A stretch of DNA of 57,642 bases from a virus (IMGVR_UViG_3300032093_000156:1-57642); one strand, 5' to 3'. Counted from the stretch's first letter, positions 7,195 through 16,199 are shown. Numbers and translations are program-made. The notes: generated by a model from the sequence alone, not told the origin.

Positions 7195-7677
7195 ATGTCA
7201 CACTGGAGAAATTTAATGAAGGACAATAAGTATCTAGGTAGCTGGGACTTAGAGGTCAATGGCAAGTACGAGCCACGAATCGTTACAATCGAGAAAATCT
7301 TTCAAGACATTATGGTCGGAGAGATGGGTAAGGAGGACAAGGTGTTCATCAAGCTAAAGGAATTTCAGAAGGCTATGGTAGCCAATCGCTCAAACTTTAA
7401 GCGACTAGAAGTTTTCTTCGGGTCTTTCAACCCTGACGACTACATCGGCAAGCAGATTGTTCTATCTGTTGAGAAGGTAAAGAGTCCACAGGGTATGGTT
7501 GATGCTTTGCGTTTCAGCACACGTCCATTGCCTAAACAGGAGAAGCCAACCCTTGATGACGCTCGTTTTGCCAAAGCATTGCAGGCGTTACAGGACGGTA
7601 AGACAACTGTTGAGAAGTTAACTAGTGATTTTAATTTAAACCAGGCGCAACATGATCAAATTAAGGGCATCCAATAG
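7195..7677 (+). CDS. Putative ssDNA-binding/annealing protein
   Basis: HWR..YLGSWDL..VTIEK..NRSNFKRL..YIGKQIVL..ALRF pattern, located beside the exonuclease. Confidence 0.55.
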   Translation: MSHWRNLMKDNKYLGSWDLEVNGKYEPRIVTIEKIFQDIMVGEMGKEDKVFIKLKEFQKAMVANRSNFKRLEVFFGSFNPDDYIGKQIVLSVEKVKSPQGMVDALRFSTRPLPKQEKPTLDDARFAKALQALQDGKTTVEKLTSDFNLNQAQHDQIKGIQ

Positions 7678-8437
7678 TTCAGCAATATTTTCGGGCGCAA
7701 CCGGGGGTTTAACCCCGGTTCAGTCCGCTACTCTTGATGGCCTACTAGCCAAGGTCAAGCTAACTGAAATCCAAGCAGCCAAGCGTGATGAGTTGGTCGC
7801 TAAGCGTGACGCTAAGCCTACGCTAAGTGATGGCGCCAAGACGATCATTGAGGACATCATCAACGAGTCTACATACCAATATAAAGATTGGTTTGGTAGC
7901 CGTGAGACTGACAAGGGTACGCGCGTTGAGGACGACTCGATTGAGCTGTACAACCGCATCTTCTTCACTGACTACAAGAAGCTAGTTGAGGGTGATGAGT
8001 TCTATGAGCTGTCGTATAAGTGCTTGGGTGGTCACCCTGACATCGCCGACAAAAAGAGACTCAAGGTGATTGACATCAAGAGCCCATGGTCTAAGAAGAC
8101 GTTCCCTAAGTTGGAGAGCAAGGCTCAGAAGAAAGTCAAAGAGTCCGGTTACGACTGGCAGATAAAGAGCTACTTATTTATGTTACGCAAGATGACCGGT
8201 CTTGATTGGCGTGATGGTGAGGTGGCATATATGTTAAGCGACACGCCTGAAGATTTGCTCAATGAATGGGACGAGCCTACGTTACACTACATGGGTGACG
8301 TTCCTGATCAACTGCGCGCGACTATTGTAAAGGTCACGCTGACTGACGATGAGATAGCTGTGATGGACGCTGCATTAGATGCCAGCATTGAGTATGCTAA
8401 GTGGTATACTGACTATTTAAAAACCAAGAACCAATGA
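7652..8437 (+). CDS. YqaJ/lambda-exonuclease-like PD-(D/E)xK nuclease
   Basis: LRAS N-terminus, KGTRVE, GGHPD..IDIKSPWS, YDWQIKSY motifs. Confidence 0.8.
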   Translation: MIKLRASNSSAIFSGATGGLTPVQSATLDGLLAKVKLTEIQAAKRDELVAKRDAKPTLSDGAKTIIEDIINESTYQYKDWFGSRETDKGTRVEDDSIELYNRIFFTDYKKLVEGDEFYELSYKCLGGHPDIADKKRLKVIDIKSPWSKKTFPKLESKAQKKVKESGYDWQIKSYLFMLRKMTGLDWRDGEVAYMLSDTPEDLLNEWDEPTLHYMGDVPDQLRATIVKVTLTDDEIAVMDAALDASIEYAKWYTDYLKTKNQ

Positions 8438-8697
8438 TACGTTTGTTAACTAATGGTGGTTATGACGAGCTCGACAAGTATGTTGGCGAAGTATTCCAAA
8501 GCTATAAGAAGCAATATTTGTACTACGTTACAATAAATAAGAAGGAGTATGTCTTCTACCCTGACGAGGTCGAGGTAATCACTGACCATGTCTACTTTTT
8601 AGAGAAAGAGGCAGGTCGCGCTGAGTTAGCAAGCTTAGCTATTGTAATAGCCGTTATCGTAATATGTATTGCGGTAATTATTTCTGTAATCTTTTAA
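8434..8697 (+). CDS. Hypothetical protein with C-terminal TM helix
   Basis: 87 aa ending LAIVIAVIVICIAVIISVIF. Confidence 0.7.
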   Translation: MIRLLTNGGYDELDKYVGEVFQSYKKQYLYYVTINKKEYVFYPDEVEVITDHVYFLEKEAGRAELASLAIVIAVIVICIAVIISVIF

Positions 8698-8706
8698 TTA
8701 ATATAT

Positions 8707-9063
8707 ATGTTTAAATTCAAAGGGATTGCTTACAAGGTAGGCAATGTGGAGACCATCTCCGACAAATTTCGCAAGCGTGAGTTCATTGTAACCGATGGTG
8801 CTGACCAGTACCCACAGTACATTCCATTCACATTTGTTAACGACAAGTGTGACTTGTTGAACAGCATTGCTGAAGGCCAAGAGGTCGAGGTGTCGTTCAG
8901 TTTGAAGGGTCGTGAGTGGACTAGTCCACAGGGCCAAGTGAAGTACTTCTCAACAATTGAGGGCTTTGCTGTTACGGCCACATCTAACCCGGCATTCGCT
9001 CCTAACGTAGCGCCTAGCACACCTGGATCAGGTCACTCTGACGATCAGGACTTGCCATTTTAA
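8707..9063 (+). CDS. DUF3127-type OB-fold single-stranded DNA-binding protein
   Basis: FRKREFIV..QYPQYI..VEVSFSLKGREW..KYF, with an SSB-like acidic tail DDQDLPF. Confidence 0.85.
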   Translation: MFKFKGIAYKVGNVETISDKFRKREFIVTDGADQYPQYIPFTFVNDKCDLLNSIAEGQEVEVSFSLKGREWTSPQGQVKYFSTIEGFAVTATSNPAFAPNVAPSTPGSGHSDDQDLPF

Positions 9064-9075
9064 GAAGTTGTTTGA

Positions 9076-9131
9076 CCCACTAGTCTGGGGATTGGTTTGA
9101 TTGATGGGTGTTGACTAGGGCACCCATTTTT
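9076..9131 (+). ncRNA. Kissing-hairpin element and terminator after the SSB gene
   Basis: Hairpin 1 CCCA-CTAGTC-TGGG. Hairpin 2 ATGGGTGTT-GACTAG-GGCACCCAT plus T-run. The loops are exactly complementary. Confidence 0.55.
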
Positions 9132-9145
9132 AATCTAATCTAATT

Positions 9146-9505
9146 ATGTGGTATAGAACGTCAACGGCTGATAATCTTCAGACCGACCCAATTGTCGACA
9201 GGGTAATAAATAAATTTCATGATAGGTCTCAAGCAGGCATAAAGAAGTATGGGACGATGCTAACTCGCGACGACCTAAGTACACTTGATTGGCTTAAACA
9301 TTTGCAGGAAGAATTGCAAGATGCAACGCTCTACATTGAGAGGCTGATGATTGTGAATAAACAAATTGAAAGAGTTGCAGTTCATAAATTCATGAGGGCA
9401 TTAAACATTACTCCTTCAAGTAAGTTTGAAATAACAGATAAAGATGGCAACCCTAAGATCATATTAGTTGCTGATTTATTAAAGGAAACCTTTAAACAAC
9501 AATAA
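9146..9505 (+). CDS. MazG-like all-alpha nucleotide pyrophosphatase-type protein
   Basis: RSQAGIKKYGTMLTRDDL..WLKHLQEELQDATLYIE (EExxD helix). Confidence 0.6.
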   Translation: MWYRTSTADNLQTDPIVDRVINKFHDRSQAGIKKYGTMLTRDDLSTLDWLKHLQEELQDATLYIERLMIVNKQIERVAVHKFMRALNITPSSKFEITDKDGNPKIILVADLLKETFKQQ

Positions 9506-9506
9506 A

Positions 9507-9740
9507 ATGAAAACAGCAGTAGAATGGCTTGAAAAAGAAGTAAACCAATATGGAATTTTAACAAAAGGCTTAGTACTTAATCTTCTAAGTCAAGCTAAAG
9601 AAATGGATAAACAAGCCCACAAAGAAACTTGGGATGTAGCACATCAAGCGGGTAGATTTGAAGGCAAAGGTATTGCAGAAGAAAATTGGCAAACATTTGA
9701 AGAGTATTGGGATGAAACCTTTAAACAACAAGAACAATGA
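9507..9740 (+). CDS. MKTAVE-family small protein, copy 1
   Basis: MKTAVEWL..QAKEMDK..ETFKQQEQ. Confidence 0.8.
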   Translation: MKTAVEWLEKEVNQYGILTKGLVLNLLSQAKEMDKQAHKETWDVAHQAGRFEGKGIAEENWQTFEEYWDETFKQQEQ

Positions 9741-9991
9741 AAACAGCAGTAGAATTATTTATAGAGCAACTCGAGGCACAAGGTGAATCCTGGGAAAATG
9801 TAAGCATTGGGAGAATACAAATTTCAATTAAGGTTGAAGACTATTTGAAGCTAAAAGAACAAGCCAAAGAAATCGAAAAGGAGCAAATGTTAAATGCCTT
9901 TCAAGAAAGTAGGCTAACGCATCCAATGATTGGATTTAAACACGAAACATTTGTCGAGTATTACAAGCAATTTAAACAACAAGAACAATGA
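9737..9991 (+). CDS. MKTAVE-family small protein, copy 2
   Basis: MKTAVELF..QAKEIEKEQ..FKQQEQ, paralogue of the upstream gene. Confidence 0.8.
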   Translation: MKTAVELFIEQLEAQGESWENVSIGRIQISIKVEDYLKLKEQAKEIEKEQMLNAFQESRLTHPMIGFKHETFVEYYKQFKQQEQ

Positions 9992-10146
9992 AAATAGAAA
10001 TCACACACTACGGACACAAAGCAAGCTATGAGTTTGAACACGAGGATGTAACTCTTGAGGACTTGGTTTATCACTTGGATAAGTTGCTCAAGCTAACAGG
10101 ATACCATTTTGATGGTAGTTTAGAAATCGTAAACGAAGAACAATGA
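9988..10146 (+). CDS. Small hypothetical protein (52 aa)
   Basis: Read manually: MKIEITHYGHKASYEFEHEDVTLEDLVYHLDKLLKLTGY...NEEQ, ATGA coupling at both ends. Confidence 0.7.
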   Translation: MKIEITHYGHKASYEFEHEDVTLEDLVYHLDKLLKLTGYHFDGSLEIVNEEQ

Positions 10147-10223
10147 ACCAAGAGGACTACTACCGACTATTACACCTGTTAGCAGGAATAACTATTGGCT
10201 ATTTAATATTTAAGCTATGCTAG
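10143..10223 (+). CDS. 26-aa membrane micropeptide
   Basis: Read manually: MNQEDYYRLLHLLAGITIGYLIFKLC, coupled start. Confidence 0.45.
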   Translation: MNQEDYYRLLHLLAGITIGYLIFKLC

Positions 10224-10639
10224 AAAAGATAAAGGAATGGATTGAGAAAGACGGCCTTGATGGCCCCAGTCAGCGCATTGACTTGGTATACAAGCGAGAC
10301 TATTTGTTTAGTATACTAAGAGAGCACATGACTTTACAACAGATCGGTAGGTTGTTTAACAGACACCACTCTGTAGTCATACATGGAATTAAGATGCATG
10401 AGAAGTTCATGTCTGAGACCTACGACTACAATGGTATGACTATCAAGGGCAACCTTGCTTATTTGTCGGTGATTAACGAATATAAAAAACAATATGATAA
10501 CCTACTTTCAAACAATAACGAACACGAGCAAGCCATTCTACGTTCCGTTGGAGAAGGCTCTTCAGAGAATCAAGGAGGGCAAGTCGCAGCAGATAGTGGA
10601 GGAAGTGAGAGCCCTTACTCAAAAGGATGCGCGCAATGA
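10217..10639 (+). CDS. DnaA C-terminal (domain IV)-like HTH protein
   Basis: TLQQIGRLFNRHHSVVIHGIK resembles the DnaA_C motif IG..F.RDHxTVxH. Confidence 0.65.
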   Translation: MLEKIKEWIEKDGLDGPSQRIDLVYKRDYLFSILREHMTLQQIGRLFNRHHSVVIHGIKMHEKFMSETYDYNGMTIKGNLAYLSVINEYKKQYDNLLSNNNEHEQAILRSVGEGSSENQGGQVAADSGGSESPYSKGCAQ

Positions 10640-12806
10640 GAAGAAGAAACTTCTTCCAGCCATTTGCTTTAGCGGTAAGTTTGAGAAGCGTGCAGACACT
10701 GCCTGCATTGAGCACAGTGGGATTATCTGCCTAGACTTCGATGGATTTGACGATCAGCAGGCATTAGATGACAAACGTTTTGAGCTACGGCTAAGCCCTT
10801 ACGCGCATGCTATATTCACGTCACCCTCAGGTGATGGGTTGAAGATGTTGGTTAAGATACCTGCTGACATTGAGAACCACAAGTACTACTTTGATGGCCT
10901 TCATTCGTTGTTCTTTTGCAAGGAGTTTGATACCACAAGTAAGAACCTAAGCCGTGTATGCTATGAGTCGTATGACCCAGACATCTACGTAAACGAGAAC
11001 AGCCAGGTGTTCATTGATATGGTTAAGCCGATTCCTGCACAGCCAAGAGCTGTTCAGACTACAACCATCCGTGTAGACGACACCAATGAGATCATCAGAC
11101 GACTAAGCATTTGGTGGGGCAAGAACTATGGCATGGTTCCAGGACAGCGCAACAATAACCTGTATGTGTTTGCTGTTGCGTTAAAAGAGTTTGGCATACA
11201 TGTAGATCAGGCGCAGTATGTATTAATGAACCAAGACACGTCAGGTGAGATGCATGCTGAGATACCAACCATTGTTCGATCGGCCTACCGAGACATGTCA
11301 TCATTTGGCACTAAGTTCTATGAAGACACTGAGAAGTTAGATGAAATTAAAAGGGTTGAGAAGATGAGTATATCTCCTCAAGAAGATGATTGTGAAGAGT
11401 TCTGGACCAAGTCAAGCAAAGGGAAGGTTGAGGCAGTTCCTCATTTATTTAGAATGTTTCTAAATAAGAATGGATTCTTTAAGTACTACCCACCTGGATC
11501 AAGGACGTTTGTGTTTGTTAGGGTAATTGACAACCTCATAAGCGATGTCAATGAGGACATCATTAAAGACTTTGTGCTTGACTATCTAATGGACTACGAT
11601 GACTTGATGGTGTACAACTACTTTGCAATGAACACTAAATTCTTCCAAGAAGCGTTCCTAAACTTTGTTCCAAAGATTGAGGCGACGTTTAAGGAAGACA
11701 CTAATGAATCAGCTTATCTATACTACATGAATTGTGCTGTGCATGTAACTAAGGATAAGATAGATGTGATTGACTACAAGAACTTGGATGGTCATGTATG
11801 GGAGATGCAGCGCATAAAGAGGAACTTCATCTACCGACCTAACGTTGAGGATTGCGAATTCAATACGTTTGTCAGTAATATCTCAGGAGGTGAGTCGGAT
11901 AGGATTCGATCGATGCGCTCAACACTTGGTTACCTTATGCATAGCCACAAGCCAGCAAGCTACTGTCCGGCCGTAATTTTAAACGATGAGGTTATTAGCG
12001 ACAATCCTGAAGGTGGTACCGGTAAGGGTATCTTTGTCAACTCGATCAACCACATGAAGAAGATGGTAAAGATTGATGGCAAGGGCTTCAGCTTCCAGAA
12101 GTCATTCCCATATCAACGCGTTCAGGTTGACACTCAGGTGTTAGTGTTTGATGACGTCGCAAAGAACTTTACGTTTGAAAACTTATTCAGTGTTATCACA
12201 GAGGGTATCAGTTTAGAAAAGAAGAACAAGGATGAGATTCACGTTCCATTTGAGCGCTCACCTAAGATTGTCATCACCACTAACTATGCCATTAGGGGAG
12301 CAGGGAACTCATTTGATCGACGCAAGTGGGACCTTGAGTTCAAGCAGTACTACACAAAAGATAAGACACCAGAGCAGGAGTTTGGTCACATGTTATACAG
12401 CGGATGGCATGACGATGAGTGGGTAAGATTTGACAACTACATGATATCAAACCTGCAGTTGTATCTTCAAAGAGGACTGATGAGTAGTGAGTTTAAAAAC
12501 CTTAAAGTCCGCAAGTTAATAGCTGAGACATCGTCAGAGTTCTATGAGTGGGCAACATCTAAGGACAATATGGACACTAAGCCAAATGCCAAGACGTTGG
12601 GTCAGGACATGCTTAATAAGTTTACTGAAGAGTATCCTGACTATGGTAGGTATGGTAGGTATAAGATATCAAATGCTAAGTTCTATCATTGGTTGGATGC
12701 CTATGGAGAGTTTGCATTCGGTTCAAAACCATTAGTGTTGCGATCAACACATGGTAAGCAGATTCATTTTATTGTTAAAGAATTAAAACAGTTAAAGTTA
12801 TGTTAG
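10494..12806 (+). CDS. Primase-helicase (VirE-N/AEP primase, PriCT, SF3-like P-loop helicase)
   Basis: KKLLPAICFSGKF, HSGIICLDFD, FTSPSGDGLK, SRVCYESYDP; PGQRNNNLY; Walker A GGTGKG, FDD, ITTN. Confidence 0.85.
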   Translation: MITYFQTITNTSKPFYVPLEKALQRIKEGKSQQIVEEVRALTQKDARNEKKKLLPAICFSGKFEKRADTACIEHSGIICLDFDGFDDQQALDDKRFELRLSPYAHAIFTSPSGDGLKMLVKIPADIENHKYYFDGLHSLFFCKEFDTTSKNLSRVCYESYDPDIYVNENSQVFIDMVKPIPAQPRAVQTTTIRVDDTNEIIRRLSIWWGKNYGMVPGQRNNNLYVFAVALKEFGIHVDQAQYVLMNQDTSGEMHAEIPTIVRSAYRDMSSFGTKFYEDTEKLDEIKRVEKMSISPQEDDCEEFWTKSSKGKVEAVPHLFRMFLNKNGFFKYYPPGSRTFVFVRVIDNLISDVNEDIIKDFVLDYLMDYDDLMVYNYFAMNTKFFQEAFLNFVPKIEATFKEDTNESAYLYYMNCAVHVTKDKIDVIDYKNLDGHVWEMQRIKRNFIYRPNVEDCEFNTFVSNISGGESDRIRSMRSTLGYLMHSHKPASYCPAVILNDEVISDNPEGGTGKGIFVNSINHMKKMVKIDGKGFSFQKSFPYQRVQVDTQVLVFDDVAKNFTFENLFSVITEGISLEKKNKDEIHVPFERSPKIVITTNYAIRGAGNSFDRRKWDLEFKQYYTKDKTPEQEFGHMLYSGWHDDEWVRFDNYMISNLQLYLQRGLMSSEFKNLKVRKLIAETSSEFYEWATSKDNMDTKPNAKTLGQDMLNKFTEEYPDYGRYGRYKISNAKFYHWLDAYGEFAFGSKPLVLRSTHGKQIHFIVKELKQLKLC

Positions 12807-13054
12807 AAGAAATTTTAGAGTACTACCCAGACGAGACCTTCTTGAAGGCAGATGGGTTAGATGGAGCTGTGATTGGTGTTCAGGTTGGTGAGCCAATGCG
12901 ATTAATCTATTCAGTATCAAAGGTCATTGAGATATTAATAACTGAGGATGAGATGGAGCTTGAGGACGCGCTTGAACACTTTGAGTTTAACATTCGCGGA
13001 AGCTATGTAGGTGAGCAAACACCTATCTGGTGCGATGATATGTATATGGTATGA
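12800..13054 (+). CDS. Conserved small phage protein
   Basis: ADGLDGAVIG..IYS..ALEHFEFNIRGSYVGEQTPI pattern. Confidence 0.75.
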   Translation: MLEEILEYYPDETFLKADGLDGAVIGVQVGEPMRLIYSVSKVIEILITEDEMELEDALEHFEFNIRGSYVGEQTPIWCDDMYMV

Positions 13055-13332
13055 ACCTAGCAAAAGTAATTTTAAAAAAGCGCTTCGAAGCAATAGTAGA
13101 GGTAGCTGAGAAACCGAGAGGCAAGAAGATAGATGCTGAGCTGTCTAGCATGATGTTGTCATACGTATCAGCATTGAGATTCATTAGCGGTGAGAACAAA
13201 GACTTGTATTATGATCCATACCATGCCATCATGGCGTTACGTCGTGAGTTGTCGTCGGTTAGGAATTCAGAAGAATTAACTAATGAACTTAGTGAGGCAA
13301 TCAAAAAACTAAAGGATGAAAGTAATTTTTAG
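13051..13332 (+). CDS. Hypothetical protein
   Basis: 93-aa helical ORF with ATGA coupling. Confidence 0.7.
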   Translation: MNLAKVILKKRFEAIVEVAEKPRGKKIDAELSSMMLSYVSALRFISGENKDLYYDPYHAIMALRRELSSVRNSEELTNELSEAIKKLKDESNF

Positions 13333-13439
13333 TATATTTGCATTGAGCGTGCAGGCTTTTAAAGAAAACATTTGAACCTTATTGGGGAGTAGTGCTGCAC
13401 CACGAAACCCAGTAAGGTTTTTTATTAAGTGCAGTTAAT
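13333..13439 (+). ncRNA. Promoter plus structured 5' leader of the HNH gene
   Basis: -7 box TATATTTG (13333-13340). 12-bp stem 13375-13386/13408-13419 with GAGTA/GAAA internal loop. Apical loop CTGCAC is complementary to GTGCAG at 13349 and 13429. Confidence 0.6.
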
Positions 13440-13898
13440 ATGGAAGAATGGGTAAAAGTCATCGGCTACGAAGACTACATGGTATCAAATACCGGCAAAT
13501 TAAAACGAAAAGAAAGAATTCTAAAACCTGATTACAACAAGGGTTATTTTAGATATACTCTTTGCAAAAACAATCAAACAAAAAGATTTTTAGCTCACAG
13601 GTTAGTAGCTATTTGCTTTATACCAAATCCAAACAATAAAAAATTTGTTAATCACATTGATGGTAATAAGTTAAATAATCATGTCTTAAATCTAGAATGG
13701 TGTACATCTTCTGAGAATGAAGTTCATTCTTATAAAGTACTGAATAAACTAAACCATAATAGAAAACTTAGTGATGATGCATTAACAGATATTAAGTTAA
13801 ATTTAATTAAAGGTCTTAATACACACGTTTATATGTCTAAGTATAATGTAAGTAGAAAGACTATTCTAAATGTAATAAACAACAGAACATATGTTTGA
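13440..13898 (+). CDS. NUMOD4-HNH homing endonuclease
   Basis: EEWVKVIGYEDYMVSNTG (NUMOD4); AHRLVAICF..VNHIDGNKLNNHVLNLEWCTSSEN (HNH). AT-richer than flanking genes. Confidence 0.9.
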   Translation: MEEWVKVIGYEDYMVSNTGKLKRKERILKPDYNKGYFRYTLCKNNQTKRFLAHRLVAICFIPNPNNKKFVNHIDGNKLNNHVLNLEWCTSSENEVHSYKVLNKLNHNRKLSDDALTDIKLNLIKGLNTHVYMSKYNVSRKTILNVINNRTYV

Positions 13899-15135
13899 AT
13901 TAAGAAGCTATCAAGTAGATATAGCTGCAAAGGGATTGAATATCCTAAAGAAGCATAAGATACTATACTTAGCTATGGAGGTTCGTTGTGGTAAAACAGC
14001 TACATCTTTAGAAATAGCTAAACAATTTGAAGCTAAGAAAGTATTATTCTTAACTAAAAAGAAAGCTATAAGTTCTATATTGAGTGATTATAAGAACTTC
14101 GGCTACACATACCACATTGATGTCATTAACGATGAGTCGATGCATAAGCTGCCATCTAATGACTACGACCTAGTAATACATGACGAGCACCATAGGTTTG
14201 GTGCCTTCCCTAAGCCAGGTTTATATACCAAGATGTTTAAAAAGATGTTTGGACATCTGCCAATGATCTTTCTATCAGGTACACCATGTCCTGAGTCATA
14301 CTCACAGATGTACCATCAGTTCTGGGTAAGCGACTACTCACCATTCCGTGAGTACAAGAACTTCTACAGATGGGCCGATGATTATGTCATTAAGTTTGAC
14401 CGGGTGATCAATGGATTTAAAGTTACTGAGTATTCAAACGGAAGAGAGATCGACATTATGAGCAAATTGGCTTACCTAATGATCAGCCACACGCAGCAGC
14501 AGTCAGGGTTTGAGACATCGATCGAGGAGGAAGTTATTTATGTCGATATGTCTGAGAAGACAAAGATGATTGTGAAGAAGTTGGAGCGCGACTTGGTTGT
14601 GGAGGGTCGGGAAGAAGTTATTTTGGCCGACACGCCGGTTAAGTTGATGCAGAAGGTACACCAGCTATGCAGTGGAACTGTGAAGTTTGAGAGTGGTAAC
14701 AGCATGGTTATTGACACCATAAAGGCTGAGTTTATAAGGTCGCGATTTGCGACATCAAGAATTGGTATCTTCTACAAGTTTAAAGCTGAGTTAAAGGCAT
14801 TGAAGCAGGTGTATGGAAACCAATTGACTGAGAGCTTGGAAGAATTTGACGCTGGCAAATGTCAAGTGATAGCATTGCAGATTGTATCAGGTCGTGAGGG
14901 TATATCCTTAAAAAATGCTGACTACGTGGTGTTCTACAACATTGACTTCAGCGCGACGTCGTACTGGCAAGCGCGCGATAGGATGACTACAATGGATAGA
15001 AAGTTCAACAAGGTGTTTTGGATATTCAGTGTAGGTGGTATTGAAGATAAGATCTACAAGGCAGTGAAGAGTAAGAGAAGTTATACGTTAAACATTTTTA
15101 AGAAAGATTATGAACAGACTAGCATTAATACATGA
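13891..15135 (+). CDS. SF2 (SNF2-like) DNA helicase
   Basis: LRSYQ, VRCGKT, DEHH, LSGTP, SGREGISL, QARDR motifs. Confidence 0.85.
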   Translation: MFELRSYQVDIAAKGLNILKKHKILYLAMEVRCGKTATSLEIAKQFEAKKVLFLTKKKAISSILSDYKNFGYTYHIDVINDESMHKLPSNDYDLVIHDEHHRFGAFPKPGLYTKMFKKMFGHLPMIFLSGTPCPESYSQMYHQFWVSDYSPFREYKNFYRWADDYVIKFDRVINGFKVTEYSNGREIDIMSKLAYLMISHTQQQSGFETSIEEEVIYVDMSEKTKMIVKKLERDLVVEGREEVILADTPVKLMQKVHQLCSGTVKFESGNSMVIDTIKAEFIRSRFATSRIGIFYKFKAELKALKQVYGNQLTESLEEFDAGKCQVIALQIVSGREGISLKNADYVVFYNIDFSATSYWQARDRMTTMDRKFNKVFWIFSVGGIEDKIYKAVKSKRSYTLNIFKKDYEQTSINT

Positions 15136-15625
15136 CTTCATTGAGATATATGGGTTGAAAGAAAAATTAAGAAAAAGAGAGTTAGTATACAAAAGGTACT
15201 ACATCTATAATGAATTACGTGAGGCAGGACTAAATTTGATGCAAACAGCTGAAGTTTTTGGAAAAAATCATGCAAGCATATTTCATGGTCTTCGCATGCA
15301 CAGTGATATGGTTAGGTTTAGGGATGCTGTATATGCATCAGAAACTAAATGTGTAGCTGACTATTTGGGAGATAGTAAGTTTATGCATAACTCTGGTTCA
15401 TACAGGAGAAAAAAAGAGTACAACCTAAAAGAAGATATTTTAGAAGCCAGAAGATTAGATGATTTTTTAAGAATAAAACGTAGGTTGAAGTTGGGTATTT
15501 ATGAAAAAACATCTACATTTGTAGGTGACCGAGCAGCAGATACAGGCAAAACTAATCAAGAGGTTAGAGAAGGAGGGTTACTATGTGCTGAAGTTATCAG
15601 TGACAAACAAGCCGGGAATCCCTGA
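15110..15625 (+). CDS. Second DnaA_C-like HTH protein
   Basis: RELVYKRYY..NLMQTAEVFGKNHASIFHGLR, paralogous to 10217..10639. Confidence 0.6.
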   Translation: MNRLALIHDFIEIYGLKEKLRKRELVYKRYYIYNELREAGLNLMQTAEVFGKNHASIFHGLRMHSDMVRFRDAVYASETKCVADYLGDSKFMHNSGSYRRKKEYNLKEDILEARRLDDFLRIKRRLKLGIYEKTSTFVGDRAADTGKTNQEVREGGLLCAEVISDKQAGNP

Positions 15626-15782
15626 TCTTATCGCAATACCAAAGAACTCAGATGTTAAATTTATAGAAGTAAAACGTCCAGGACAAAAGCCGAGGCCACT
15701 ACAGATTTATAGAATCAAGGAGCTGCTCAACCACGGGGTCTCGGCAACCTGGTTTAATGGAGAATATTATGATATCGAATGA
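15525..15782 (+). CDS. VRR-NUC domain nuclease (Holliday-junction-resolvase-like)
   Basis: EQQIQ..GIPDLIA..FIEVKRPG..PLQ. Confidence 0.85.
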   Translation: MTEQQIQAKLIKRLEKEGYYVLKLSVTNKPGIPDLIAIPKNSDVKFIEVKRPGQKPRPLQIYRIKELLNHGVSATWFNGEYYDIE

Positions 15783-16026
15783 AAGAAAAATGGCGGCCCT
15801 ATTGGGCGTCCTTCCGGTTTTAATGGACTACATGGAAGACATTAGAGAAGACTACCCAAGAATATACAGCAAGGGAGTTAAGAAGGCCGGTAATGATTTT
15901 ATTGACGAGGTAGAGAAATTATCCAAGACTGTATTTGGTGGCGTTAAGGATATGGATGGATCGATAGAGTTCTTTGACGAAGTTCAGAACATTAGCACTG
16001 CATTCAACCAATGGCTGGCTTCATAA
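15757..16026 (+). CDS. Hypothetical protein
   Basis: 89-aa ORF in operon context. Confidence 0.65.
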   Translation: MENIMISNERKMAALLGVLPVLMDYMEDIREDYPRIYSKGVKKAGNDFIDEVEKLSKTVFGGVKDMDGSIEFFDEVQNISTAFNQWLAS

Positions 16027-16199
16027 GATATACCATTATTTGGATCAGTCAGAATCTAGCCATTCCATTTTGGACTGTTGGTCATATTCACTTGATGACA
16101 ACTGTCTATGGGGACATAACTGAGATACTCAGTTCTGTCGGTATGAACATAATAGTCGCACTGGGATTCTGGTTGGACTATAGAAAAAATATGCCATAG
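16011..16199 (+). CDS. Small membrane protein
   Basis: WISQNLAIPFWTVGHIHL, two hydrophobic segments. Confidence 0.65.
   Translation: MAGFIRYTIIWISQNLAIPFWTVGHIHLMTTVYGDITEILSSVGMNIIVALGFWLDYRKNMP

Noticed and set aside
13333-13898. Group I intron containing the HNH
   Set aside because: The HNH is free-standing between intact genes, and the 100-nt leader is too short for an intron core.
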